NCBI RefSeq assembly: GCF_003918875.1
Contig: NW_025766725.1
Location: 496,001-560,000, forward strand
Reading direction: 5' to 3'
Source: Haliotis rubra
Taxonomy: Eukaryota
Length of the DNA stretch: 64,000 nucleotides
Shown piece by piece: positions 1-12,335 of the stretch (its first letter is position 1; the number at the start of each line of letters is the position of its first letter). The notes beneath the pieces are model-generated. The model did not search any database and was not told the origin of the DNA. It saw only the letters and a program-made list of their open reading frames with translations. The position numbers and the translations under genes were made by a program.

Positions 1-235
1 TGACAAGTGTATCGAGATAAGTACTGTAATGTGACAAGTGTATCGAGATAAGTACCGTAACATGATAAGTGTATCAAGAAAAGTACCGTAGCATGACAAG
101 TGTATCGAGATAAGTACTGTAATGTGACAAGTGTATCGAGATAAGTACCGTAATGTGACAAGTGTATGGAGATAAGTACCGTAACATGATAAGTGTATCG
201 AGATAAGTACCGTAACATGACAAGTGTATGGAGAT
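1..235. repeat. 31-bp minisatellite, about 7.5 copies, runs off the window start
   Basis: tgacaagtgtatcgagataagtaccgtaa(ca/tg). Confidence 0.95.
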
Positions 236-1142
236 ATTAATGTCATGGTTGTTCATATTGTTGTACCATTAGCAAGAATTCAGTTGACTGAGGTGTTACA
301 CATTAGCCAAACAAACAAATCCTGGTCATCTGGTATGTTTGCTTTCCGTTCCACCATCACATCAACAACTCTGGAACCACTCTAATCCTGTAAGCTGAGG
401 TTGGAAATAACTCTTAGAGCTGGTCTTTTCTATAATCTCCTTACATGCTTCATCCATGTCGGTTGTGAGCTGATTATAATAACCTCCTCCCTGGTACATG
501 ATTAACTATTGATCTGATGTGATTGGGATCAATTGATTGAAATAATCACCATTGATTTCGGCCAAACAATTTAGACTCCGATCCAGCAAGGTGACGGTGC
601 TAACTGGGAATATATGAGTCTGTGAGCCATTATACTGGGGAATAAAGGAGTTGGCTGCATGTGTTATGTGTCGTATCATCATCAATTTCTGATTGTAATT
701 CGACCATATGTGAGTTGATAAGAAAATAATTTTTCTCACAATTGTGTGTGAAATTGTATTGGGTAATTGTTCAGATTAGCATATATTGCCTTGCTACCAT
801 TGGCTTCTATTATATTGATACAGAAAATACCACTGGGGCCTGTAGAATTGAACAGTCTCTCAATATGCGATCAGGTTTCCATAATGGTTTTCCAAATCTT
901 TGTCACATTTAAAATATATCTTTTCAGGATTAAGTCATGAATTCATCCAGCTTACACAAAGCTGAAACTTTTCCAGTAGACTTCTTTAGTAATGGTATAT
1001 ATATAAGATAATAACCAGACATTCAAATGTCATTACATGTACATTTGTGGACAGTCTGGCCATAAACCTGTGCAATAAATACTCAACTTTGCCATGCTTA
1101 ACAAGTTCCTTATCTGAGCACACTAGTTTGTCACTTGCTTGA

Positions 1143-1200
1143 GTTCGTCACGATATGGCTGAGATATTGCCGATGTGACGTTAAATATTAACTCACTCAC
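1143..1200 (+). mobile_element. severely 5'-truncated LINE/SINE tail
   Basis: cacgatatggctgagatattgccgatgtgacgttaaa + (actc)n; TSD tcacttgcttga. Confidence 0.8.
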
Positions 1201-1692
1201 TCACTTGCTTGACAACGATATTAGAATCTATGTTGAAACGTCGCCTATACAGAATAAAGAAGTTGTATATCCATACAATTAATCCTCATTCTTCATCTAC
1301 CCTGCGTCTAGAATGCCAATCAAAGAAGACACCAATTCCAGTTCAGCATCAAATGTCAGTAAAAAACAACTTTATGTTGTTACCTTCAGCAAGTCACCAT
1401 GTTAAAAACACAGCAATAAATATTTAAAACAGATTCAGTTTTATTGCTAAATGGATTATATTAAAAAAACCATAAATCTTACACCATATCATCTAATCAC
1501 AAGGGCCAGATCTCAAAACTACATATTCTCTATAAGCGGCTGACCAAACAACTGAGTCAGGTTTGGTAAAGTGGAACCTCCAGAGCTGATTGTCACATTG
1601 AAAACAGTGGCCCAAACTTGTCAGCATCTGTATTCACTCTGCAGAGTTGCTTCCCCTGGGTCCACCAGAATCATATAACCATGGGTATGAAT

Positions 1693-1813
1693 ACTGAAGA
1701 CCGGGTTTGATTCCCTTCATGGGTACAATGTGTGAAGCCCATTTCTGATGTCCCCCTCCGTCATATTGCAGGAATATAGCTAAAAGTGGCATAAAACTAA
1801 AACTCACTCACTC
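1693..1813 (+). mobile_element. SINE family 1, 5'-truncated
   Basis: Matches the family from the B box to the tail. Confidence 0.85.
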
Positions 1814-2273
1814 AAAACCATGGAAAACCTAACTCAGTCATTAGTACGGGATGTGCTCCAGGATGTTGACATGTGTTAACACCATCAAGGAATGTTTGTG
1901 TTAGACTGTTTTATACACACTCATTAAATTGGTATTATGTTGAATAGATTGATAAAAAAATTGAAATTAGAGATTTTTCATATACAACATAATTTTAAAT
2001 GTAATTCTTATCAATGTCATTATTTATTAATATAACTCACCTTGATGATTGACAGATACATTTTGTAAAATTTATTTTATTTTATGGTTAAATGGTTACA
2101 TTAAATAGCTCCACAAGGTACTGCTGTACAGCAGTTAACATGGCTAATCTTCAAAGTGTATTTCTACTGCAAAGGCCATTTTGAATACATGTTTGAAGTT
2201 ACACAAATTAAATCTAAGATCTGGGAATTGTTTAGCCACAGACCACAGTACAGGTTTTGATCATAATCAATTC

Positions 2274-2433
2274 GGGGCGGCTGGGTAGCCTAATGGTTAA
2301 AGCGCTATTCGTCACGCTGAAGACCTCAGTCGAATCCCAACATGGGTACAATGTGTGAAGCCCATTTCTGGTGTACATGTTTGAAGTTATGCTGGAATAT
2401 TAAGAAAAGAATTGTAAAACCAAACTCAGTCAG
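2274..2433 (+). mobile_element. SINE family 1
   Basis: TSD tcataatcaattc (2261-2273 / 2434-2446). Confidence 0.92.
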
Positions 2434-3260
2434 TCATAATCAATTCAGGAGTATTGTAAAACAAATATTGTGCACTGTTTGTGTGGCTGATGGAAACGGA
2501 AGCAATTTCACTGATGGCATAATGGCAGTATGTAGATAGGACTGGATGGTTTTCAAGTGTACCAAACGACAGGGATTTATTTTCATAGGTATATTCATCC
2601 TTCAGCTTTAGCATATTATTCCACCCACAGTTGGTTGGCCTCTTCCTTTTCATTGAAATCAATTATGCCTTTTGCCATTTCTGAATTTACAGGATTTATT
2701 TAATGTGCTGTCCATTAAATATGGTCATGTTTATTTTCTATTTGTTTGTTTTTGTGGCAGTCCATTTGTCACTGGTTTGACATATAATACACTCTTGCTG
2801 AACAAATATGACTCTTAAGTATCCCTATACTCACCACAGACTTATTTAACCGTGCGCGATCGTGTCTTTCACACTGTAATACAGGAATTATGACCTGTGC
2901 ATTATGACAGTTATGTCATCACCTCTGGTGCTATATATAGATACTGCAGACACCCTGGATGTTATGTGAGACACTCCAATACCACACGTCCACCGTGGAA
3001 ATATAGTGTTGATCTACCTGTGGGGCATGGGATTAATATCTTTAAATATATGTATGTTGCTCAATATTTATAGATATGTTATCATATGTGTTTTTACCAC
3101 TAAGTCTGAGTTTACTCTGAGAGTGAATTTAGTGTTCATGTTTTAGTACCCTGTCAGTGTCAGATTGCCCAGACATGTCCATGTTTAATATTGGCCTAAA
3201 ATGGAACAGACAAAAATATAAAAATATCATTGCACAAAATTACCGAAAAGTTAGACATGA

Positions 3261-3501
3261 AACCCGGGACGGTTCGGGTTAGAATTGGTCTTCAGCAACC
3301 CATGCTTGTAAGAGGCGACTAACGGGATCGGGTGGTCAGACTTGCTGACTTGGTTCACACATGTCATCGTATCCCAACTGCGTAGATCGATGCTCATGGT
3401 GTTGATCACTGGATTGTTTGGTCCAGACTCAAATATTTATAGACTGCTGTCATATAGCTGGAATATTGCTGAGTGTGGAGTAAAACTAAACTCACTCACT
3501 C
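3261..3501 (+). mobile_element. SINE-like family 2, full length
   Basis: Colinear with the 40250 copy; imperfect TSD agac(a/g)tga. Confidence 0.9.
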
Positions 3502-3746
3502 AGACGTGATGAAAATTCTGATGCAATCCCTTTTGAGTAACACCATACTTTCCATGTATTTTCAAGTGAAGGATTGAGGAGCCTTTGCATGTGTTTGTGA
3601 CAGATGATATGGGCATGTGGACTGGGTGTTTGCCACTGTTATAAAGTCAGAGAATCACTCAAATCAGTGGTTCCAGAAGTAGAACCAAAGAAGTCTCATG
3701 GTTTTGATTACAGGATCACTGTCATGAAAATATTAACCCTGTGGGG

Positions 3747-3916
3747 GAGTGAGTGAGTGAGTGAGTGTGGTTTTATGCCACTTTTAGCAATTTTCAAGCA
3801 ATATCATGGCAGGGGACACTGGAATAGGGCTTCACACATTGTACCCATGTGTGGAATCAAACCCGGTCTTTGGTGTGACTAGCTAACACTGAACCACTGG
3901 GCTACCCCACCACCCC
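3747..3916 (-). mobile_element. SINE family 1, with a 5' flank shared with the 40765 copy
   Basis: Full-length match to the family. Confidence 0.9.
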
Positions 3917-5196
3917 AACTGTTGAGAACAAAAGGCTTTCAACACCACTGGGCAGAACTGAACTTTTATTCAAGCGAAAGTGTGAGATGGCTATGGTTGA
4001 AATGGTGTTTGAGTGGTTTAAACCAATAAACCTTTAAACCCACCTCACACTCTTAATACCAAAGACAACTGAAGCTGAACAACCTGCGTGGAAGTACACG
4101 GCTTCCAGAAACACATGTCGACCAACTCTTGAATGCACTCGCCCTATGTTTACATAAACAGTCAGCAGATTGCCAGGCTATGAAAGAATGTCCCTCATTG
4201 ATACAAGTAGTTCAAGTATTGATCACTGATTGGCCACGATCTATATCTCAAATATGTAAATCGATTCCGTATTGAATGCTGCCTGGTCTCCAGAAGCTTG
4301 TTCTGTTTATAGCCATTTACTCATAGCTTATGTCATGTGGACATTCCGTGGTGGGCAGCGAGCCAGGTGTGACTTGCATATCGGCAGGTGTGTAGGATCT
4401 GTGACACACGTAGACAATCCACTGATAAGGGACCATTAGTCTTTGGCGGAAAGGGTGGGGATGTTGACGAGACTTGGGAAGCTGAGATAACTATTACTAC
4501 TCACAGTGCATCAAGACACATACATATACTACTCACACTTTGCTAAGGATCACAAATATTCCCAGCTTTACTTAAACGTAGATTCATAATTTGAAATTGT
4601 ATCAATTTAAAACTGGATAAATAATAACATGGTAACCCCTCTCTAGGCAAACAGTCACATTAATCTAACCTTATGCACTTGATACATGAGTAAACATAAA
4701 AGTGGTTTTATGGCACCAATCTACCATTTTGCAAATCATGGAACGAGTCACTGACAAGTACAGAACACCTGTCAATAGCAGGTATGGGTTCCACAAGATG
4801 AAATGACACACTGAAACCTAGGATCCATACTTACAATAAGCTTAGGTACTTAAACCAAATTTGACCCCACATCATAGTTTTCTGTTGAATCCTTGATTTG
4901 ATCCGTTGCAAAGTGTGAATAGTATATCTTATGGGTAAAACAAGACCATTAGTCTTTGTAGGAAAGGGTGGGGATGTTGAAAAGGACTGGGTAAGCTGAA
5001 ATCTGTTAGTTAGTGCATCAAGACACATACAAAACTGTCTTTAGGGGAATAGTGTAGGGAGGATTGGGGTGTAGGATTTCTCAGTCAGTGCATCGTGACA
5101 CAAAATTTCTCTGAAACATTATTTTGTACACGTAAGATATTTTTCAAGACATTCATTTGTGCAGTTGATGGTATATTATAGTGATTACAAATGAGG

Positions 5197-5250
5197 ACTC
5201 ACTCACTCACTCACTCACTCACTCACTCACTCACTCACTCACTCACTCAC
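5197..5250. repeat. (ACTC)n microsatellite
   Basis: Direct reading. Confidence 0.97.
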
Positions 5251-5587
5251 AGAAAATGTAATCACAATGACACTTTCTCACTGTCACAGTCCAGCTACTA
5301 TTGATGTTATGTTTGATAGTGTTCTCATTCCGATGATTAATTCCATTGTGATATTTCCATTTGTTTTTCTTGTCCATCTGTTAATCTATTAATCATGATT
5401 CCAGCGGTCATTACTGTCTCTGGGTGGGAGCTTCTTGTTGACAGGGATTTATGATTCCAACATTGAGCTAACTTGCCGCTTCTGACTCGATGAATTGATC
5501 GGACACGATGAATAATGAATAGCTGGAGGTCATGTGACCCATTCAGTAGAGATCAATAGCCAGCAGTTACCTAGGGAAAATATGTAT

Positions 5588-6539
5588 AGTCTGTTTGGTA
5601 TAACATACCGGGTAGATGGCTGTCAGTCTGTTTGGTGTAACATACCGGGTAGATGGCTGTGAGTCTGTTTGGTATAACATACCGGGTAGATGGCTGTGAG
5701 TCTGTTTGGTATAACATACCGGGTAGATGGCTGTGAGTCTGTTTGGTGTAACATACCGGGTAGATGGCTGTGAGTCTGTTTGGTATAACATACCGGGTAG
5801 ATGGCTGTCAGTCTGTTTGGTATAACATAGTCCGGGTAGATGTTTGGTATAACATACCGGTAGTGGCTGTGAGTCTGTTTGGTATAACATACCAGGTAAC
5901 ATACCGGGTAGATGGCTGTGAGTCTGTTTGGTATAACATACCGATGGTAGATGGCTGTGAGTCTGTTTGGTATAACATATACCGGGTAGATGGCTGTGAG
6001 TCTGTTTGGTATAACATACCAGGTAGATGGTAGATGGCTGTGAGTCTGTTTGGTATAACATACCGGGGTAGATCTCAGTCTGTTTGGTATAACATACAGT
6101 CTGTTTGGTATAACATACCGGGTAGATGGGTAGATGGCTGTCAGTCTGTTTGGTATAACATACCGGGTAGATGGCTGTGAGTCTGTTTGGTATAACATAC
6201 CGGGTAGATGGCTGTGAGTCTGTTTGGTATAACATACCGGGTAGATGGCTGTGAGTCTGTTTGGTATAACATACCGGGTAGATGGCTGTCAGTCTGTTTG
6301 GTATAACGGGTAGATACGGGTAGATGGCAGTCTGTTTGGGTTTGGTATAACATACCGGGTAGATGGCTGTCAGTCTGTTTGGTATAACATACGGGTAGAT
6401 GGCTGTGTCTGTTTGGTATCTGTTTGGTATAACATACCGGGTAGATGGCTGTCAGTCTGTTTGGTATAACATACCGGGTAGATGGCTGTCAGTCTGTTTG
6501 GTATAACATACCGGGTAGATGGCTGTCAGTCTGTTTGGT
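5588..6539. repeat. 37-bp minisatellite, about 25 copies
   Basis: agtctgtttggtataacataccgggtagatggctgt(g/c). Confidence 0.97.
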
Positions 6540-7256
6540 TTGATATAGCAGGTATATTAGCCTGTAAGAGTCAGTTATAATTAACTATCAGTTATGATAA
6601 AATTCATCATAATATAGTGGTACACATGTCAAGGTTAGGAAGCTCTTTGTGATATGGTGTTGACAGCGTGGTACCACGGCATTCGTGGGGTTCAAGATAC
6701 ATTTTAAAATATTATTTGCTTTCACCAACATAGATGGACAGTTCATAGGTTATGGCTTTTTGTGATGATGATGTTTATGTAGTAGCATGTACAATGTGAA
6801 TGACCCCCTAAAAGAGCACATTTTAAAATAGTACCCCACATGTCATGTACAAAGTCAACCCCCCCCCTTCCCATATTTTAAAGCATTATTTTTAAATGTT
6901 TTTATGTACAAAATTTATGTAGTAGCATGTAAATGTGTATGAAAATTACCTGATCCCCCTACCTCCCGAGAACAAAATGGGTGACCCCCCGTTAACATCA
7001 TCATCTCACTGTCTCATTGTATTCTTAATAAGTGTTATGTCATTGTACTGTGATGTCATTGTACTGTGATGTCACAGTGATATTAGAGGGCAGTCAGGCC
7101 TAGAGCTTAGATATGTGAAGATGTCTGAATTTCTGGATGTATTGTTTATATTTTAAACACTTAGTTGAAATAGGTCTGACTTTGCTATAATATATTGATT
7201 ATCTAACTTTATTTCACACAAACATAACACAAACTGACTCCTGTTGTTTCTGACAG

Positions 7257-7437
7257 AGATGCGTCCGGTCACACCGCCTGAGGAACGAACAGAGGTTGAA
7301 GACAAGGAACAGAAGAAGCCACCTCGGGCTCCTGACCGCAAGGTTACAGTGACAAATACAGATTTACTTTTCCGACTTTTTGATGGAGTTGGTGAGGAGG
7401 TGACAAAGAAACCTGTCGGAAGTCTGAAACGGGGAAG
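7257..7437 (+). CDS. penultimate coding exon of an unidentified gene (MRPVTPPEERTEVEDKEQKKPPRAPDRK...SLKRG), phase 1-2
   Basis: gtttctgacag acceptor, AAG|gtcagt donor, coding-like composition; joins 8080 in frame. Upstream exons were not found in the window. Confidence 0.8.
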
Positions 7438-7589
7438 GTCAGTGTCCATGCAATTGTTCCGAGAACAGTAGGGACAAACCAACTGATATTGTTCACTGGA
7501 GGCCTGTTTGTTTTTATGAAAAACATATGTTGTCCCAGAAAATACTTTAAATGAAAAATATATGAAACAAATTCTCATCCAGGTAGATC

Positions 7590-8082
7590 TCATTATAGGT
7601 CATTATAATTACCAATATCTGGCACCAGGAGCCATCTAATATATATGTTGAGACTTCAGGCCTTGGTAGGGCATAATATAGGTAATAGTATTTACCAATA
7701 TCTTGCACCAGGTGGGAATTCCTAGTTTATATTGTGGGTCCTAGTATTTACTGACATCTTGTGCATTGAACCATGTGTGAATCTAATAAATATGTTATAC
7801 CTTCAGGCCCTGGTAGGTAATTTTATTGGTCATAGAATTTACCGATATTTCATTCCAGGAACCATTATGGAATCTGATACATGTGTTGAAACATCAGGCA
7901 CTGGTAGGTCATATTGTAGGTCATTGTATATACCAATATCTTGCGCCTTGAACCATGTGTGAATCTAATACATATTTTCAAAGTTCAGGCCCTGGTAGGT
8001 TTTATTGTAGGTCATAGCATATAACAATATTTTGCTCTTGGAGCCCTGCTGGAATCTAATACATATGTTCTGACTTCAGGCC
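7590..8082. repeat. degenerate ~90-bp intronic tandem repeat whose last unit supplies the splice acceptor
   Basis: gaatctaatacatatgtt...tcaggc recurs at about 7655, 7801, 7892, 7983 and 8074. Confidence 0.85.
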
Positions 8083-8332
8083 AAAGAAGCTGATGCCAAA
8101 GAGCAACACCAAGGGCTTGCTGTCGGGGAACGATCCCTACCTTGTGGATGCCATGACAGAAAAACTTTTCCCCAATCTTTCTTTGGAGGGTCGACATGGT
8201 GCCCAATTGGGCAACACGTCATTACAGCTGATTACAGTGCGAGGGGACGGAGACAAGAGTGTCACGTTACCTGCCCTCAGTTTCGATCAGAATTATTCAC
8301 AGATGTTATCCGAACTGGTCATGCATATCTAG
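8080..8332 (+). CDS. last coding exon of the unidentified gene (PKKLMPKSNTKG...LPALSFDQNYSQMLSELVMHI*)
   Basis: gacttcag acceptor, open frame to TAG, coding-like CpG/codon content; family not recognised. Confidence 0.82.
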
Positions 8333-10964
8333 CATGGAGACATGTTGTGTTTGTGATTGTGCCAACATTTGGAGTTTCTAGACTGTTTGTAAACAGCGTG
8401 ATGGTGTGAAATTGTTGTACTGAACGTGAATCTGGAGGTGTTGGAAGTTGAGAGATGGATCCGACAAACGATGTGACTATATGCCAAGGGAGATAACCTC
8501 AGATGCCTACAAGGGAGATGTCTTTAGAGGTCAAGAAAGATCAAAAGGTCAAACTGCAATTGAAGGGTGAAGGTCAGTTGGCTGCAAGGCAGGGGAATTA
8601 ACCAATGTTATAATCAAGGGAGGTAACCTCAGCAGACTTCAAGGCGACAACCCATGTCAAAAATGGATTGAAAGTCAAACTGACACCAAGGGAGGTAAAT
8701 GTCATTCCCACATAAACAATATCTCCGGACAAGAAATGACCGATGAGATGGCAGAGGTTTGAAGATAAATTAATACTTGCATCCTTATTATCCATGATCC
8801 TCAGGAGAAAAGAATCTAGACTGTGGGTTTATATTTGTCGAGAAGACAGATTCACACCAAGCTCAGAATGAATAATGAACTGATTTGAAATGATTTGTTG
8901 AATTTGATGAAATATGACAAAGAGAAAATGTTATCTTGAAATAATTCCAGGTATTAATGATGTTATGATTTGTTACCCACATGTGATATAGTTGTTGACA
9001 ATTGTGATGGGGTCGTCACAGACTGAGAAAGACACACTATGTGTGCCGGTTATGTGTTTACCACAGTTCTTAAGCTAACAATTGTGTGAAAGTGTGTTTT
9101 GTTGACTATTTACGGTGTTTGTCAGTAGCTCTCCATCATCCATGACCATTCCCATCTTGTTTAGCAATTGTTCGATTTACAGCTGTAATTTTAAAGAAGG
9201 AGGGTTCTTTGAATTAAATATTAATTTGGACAAAAGTAATCTTTTAAGTAGTTGCACGAAAGTTATGAAAAATTTATATAATGATTCAATGGTAATGTTT
9301 TGAATTTTTGCATCATATGCAACTTTTATCTTTATTGAAACTTGACAGAATTTTGTGCAATTTTATATTAATCTGTAAATCAAGTAATATGATATCATGC
9401 ACCATCTACATTGCACCTGTTTACACCTTTCACATGTTTACTGATTCACAACTATTTTTAAGCATCAAATAATCCCTTTTAAAGATGTTAAGCCACACTA
9501 ATTTTTTTTCATTTTGTTAAGGTTTTCTCTACCAAGCTCCAAATAATTAGGGGTAACATATTCAGGTAGGATTGAGTGTTAATTTCCTCTAAAGTGTCAA
9601 TCAAAACAAGAAAACAAACTGAATGATGTAAATATGATAATGTTTTCCTTCAGACATATATTGCAATTACATATCTGGTGGGTTTTTTTTCAGTTTATGA
9701 AAATTATAGGGCAGGGTCACCTTAAAACTGACAAAAGAATTGGTCCAGGATGTAAGGTAGTTAAAATTTGATTCTATACTTGATAAGGGCCAGATTTCAG
9801 TAACACTAAGCCCAGTATCAGGTCGATTCTAAATTTTTGACTGCATATATTCTATTCAGTTTATGAATCATTACTTTCATGTCATCAGCCCTAATTCAGC
9901 ATGTTTACCATAATTCTAGCAGTATGTTGAAAATATCAGTTGTTTTGTATATGCAATATATCAGTCTAGTTGTTGCTACTTCCGTCCAGGTTTATCATCA
10001 AATTTGTACTTCGTGTAATTTATACTGCTTCATGTTTGATTGTGTGTTGGTAAACAGTTATCAAGTTCTTTAAATTATCTGGGACTCTAATATTTACACA
10101 TGTGATTTTTATCTTGTTGCTATGGTAACCTACCTCTCTTGAAAATATGTCTCATATGTAAATCTAGTTTGGGATCGAATCCTCTGAAATAATGTATATG
10201 TGTATGACAAATGTGTTGGAGAACAATCATGATTTTCAAGCTGGTTAAAATTTCCCAATGGGGTTTCTTCATATTTTCATTACCGCCGCCATATAGCTGG
10301 GATATTGTTGAGTGCGGTGTAAAACTAAACTCACTCACTCATATTTTCATTCCGTCTTCTTAAACTTTATTTGCCATACAACATTATTTGGGGGTTTCAT
10401 CCGCAGTATCTGTGATAAATCTGATCGTATCATTGGTCATAATGTTTATACTGTATAAATCCGTCCTGCATCATGCCATCAAGAGTTGTCTCCCTTACCT
10501 GTTCAGAAGAATAGTCACTAATCGGACACAAGTTGTCAAACTCTCCACTCTGTAACCATGGAAAGTACACAAAATTAAAGTTTAAAATATGGATACCTCA
10601 GATTCAATAGCGATCTCATTTTCAGTTACCTGAGATTTTCGAACTGTCTTTCACGGACAGATTACCTATTTCGAGGTCCACTTGAGGTCAGCTTGCCTGC
10701 TTACTCTGAAACATTTCACTTCAGCTGGTTTAGACAATAACCAGTACTACCTCTGGTGTTTACTGAAACCATTCAGAAGTTTCAAGATTCATCTTTTCGG
10801 GTTAAAATGTTGACAATTTTCGCCTGCTGTATATTTTTATAGCTCAATATATTATGGACTATTGGGTCAAAATTTGTCCTGAATATGAGGCGCATTATGA
10901 TTACTTACAGACGAGTATATCTGTTGATCAGAGACACTAATTTGGGCTGAGTGGTTAAGCAGTA

Positions 10965-11540
10965 AATATGGTATGAAAATGTAAAATATGGTATGGGAAT
11001 ATAAATATAATATGGGCAATTTGAGCTGGTAAACAAATATAAATATGGTTTGGGAAATTTAAGTTGGTTAAAAAAAATATCAATATGGTATGGGAAATTT
11101 GAGTTGGTAAGAAAATATAAATATGGTATGGGAAATTTAAGTTGGTAAGAAAATATCAATATGGTATGGGAAATTTAAGTTGGTAATAAAAATATCAATA
11201 TGGTATGGGATATTTGAGTTGGTAAGAAAATATAAATATGGTATGGGAAATTCAAGTTGGTAAGGAAAATATAAATGTGGTATGGGACATTTAAGTTGGT
11301 AAGGAATTTAAATGGGACAATATTATGGGAATATGGTATGGTATGGAAAAAACATGGTTTGGGAGTTTAAATGTGGTATGGGACATTTAAGTTATATTAT
11401 GGGAATATAGATATGGTATGGAAAAAAACATGGTTTGGGAATTTAAATGTGGTATGGGACATTTAAGTTATATTATGGGAATATAGATATGGTATGGAAA
11501 AAAACATGGTTTGGGAGTTTGAATATTGTATGGGAATTTG
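10965..11540. repeat. degenerate ~38-bp minisatellite in the putative 3' UTR
   Basis: aaatatggtatgggaaatttaagttggtaagaaaatat and derivatives. Confidence 0.9.
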
Positions 11541-12171
11541 TGTTTTGTCTGGAAATATAAATATGATACAGCTTAGAGCAATGTTCAGATGTATGTATAA
11601 AAGCATCAAAGCTGAGGTAAAATGTTTCAGGACTAGTGGCATGTTTGAGGTAATCTATAATGTCACTCACATGAACAGGTGCCCTCTTGTCTTCTGTGAA
11701 GTGAAGAAAGAGAGTATTTATGTTCACCGAAATTTCCTTAATAACATCAATTGTTGAATTGTTGGATTTAGCTTTGTTTTTAAATTATTGTTTGTGGAGA
11801 ATATTTCTCTGGTCATTTTAAAGTTCATAATACATTTTTTGTATATATTTTAATTTGAGCACAATTTATATCCTATAGTGCTACCTGCATATATGCTGTG
11901 TGTATTTGTGATGTTTATGCAGTTTAGTAGGACGTCATAATCATTAAACAAATTTGCTCAAATGTGATTGCTATCTTCCCTTTTAACATCCATTTCATGC
12001 CTAGTAAACAATAGTTTGAAAAATGCTATATTTTGAATATGCAAAGAAAATTAAGATTGTTTAATTACATAATATAATCTGGCATGTCTATACATCATAT
12101 GCTGAACAGAAAATGTTAGGGATCATGAAACATGTACCATACACATTTAAAGAAATTCATCTTCACAACTA

Positions 12172-12335
12172 GGGGCGGTGGGGTAGCCTAATGGTTAAAG
12201 CGTTCGCTCGTTACGCCAAAGACCCGGTTGAATCCCCACATGGGTATAATGTGTGAAGCCCATTTCTGGTGTCCCCCGCCGTGATGTTGCTGGAATATTG
12301 CTAAAAGCGGCGTAAAACCAAACTCAGTCAGTCAG
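12172..12335 (+). mobile_element. SINE family 1
   Basis: TSD tcttcacaacta (12160-12171 / 12336-12347). Confidence 0.93.

Noticed and set aside
2448-2527. Possible upstream exon of the plus-strand gene (SIVKQILCTVCVADGNGSNFTDGIMA)
   Set aside because: The acceptor lies in a SINE TSD, and the GCA|gtatgt donor is phase 0 in this frame while 7257 needs phase 1.
4431-5032. ~90-bp sequence duplicated at about 4431-4523 and 4944-5031 (possible LTR pair)
   Set aside because: No TG...CA ends, PBS/PPT or TSD; it looks like an ordinary local duplication.
5567-6353. Longest ORFs in the track (222, 191 aa and others)
   Set aside because: They are translations of the 37-bp minisatellite in rotating frames, with no splice or homology support.
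8330-8360. Stop-codon readthrough or selenocysteine at either gene's stop
   Set aside because: The contexts (TAG-CATG; kazrin TGA-GATA) are not readthrough-type, the plus-strand extension would be only a few codons, and I saw no SECIS-like hairpin.
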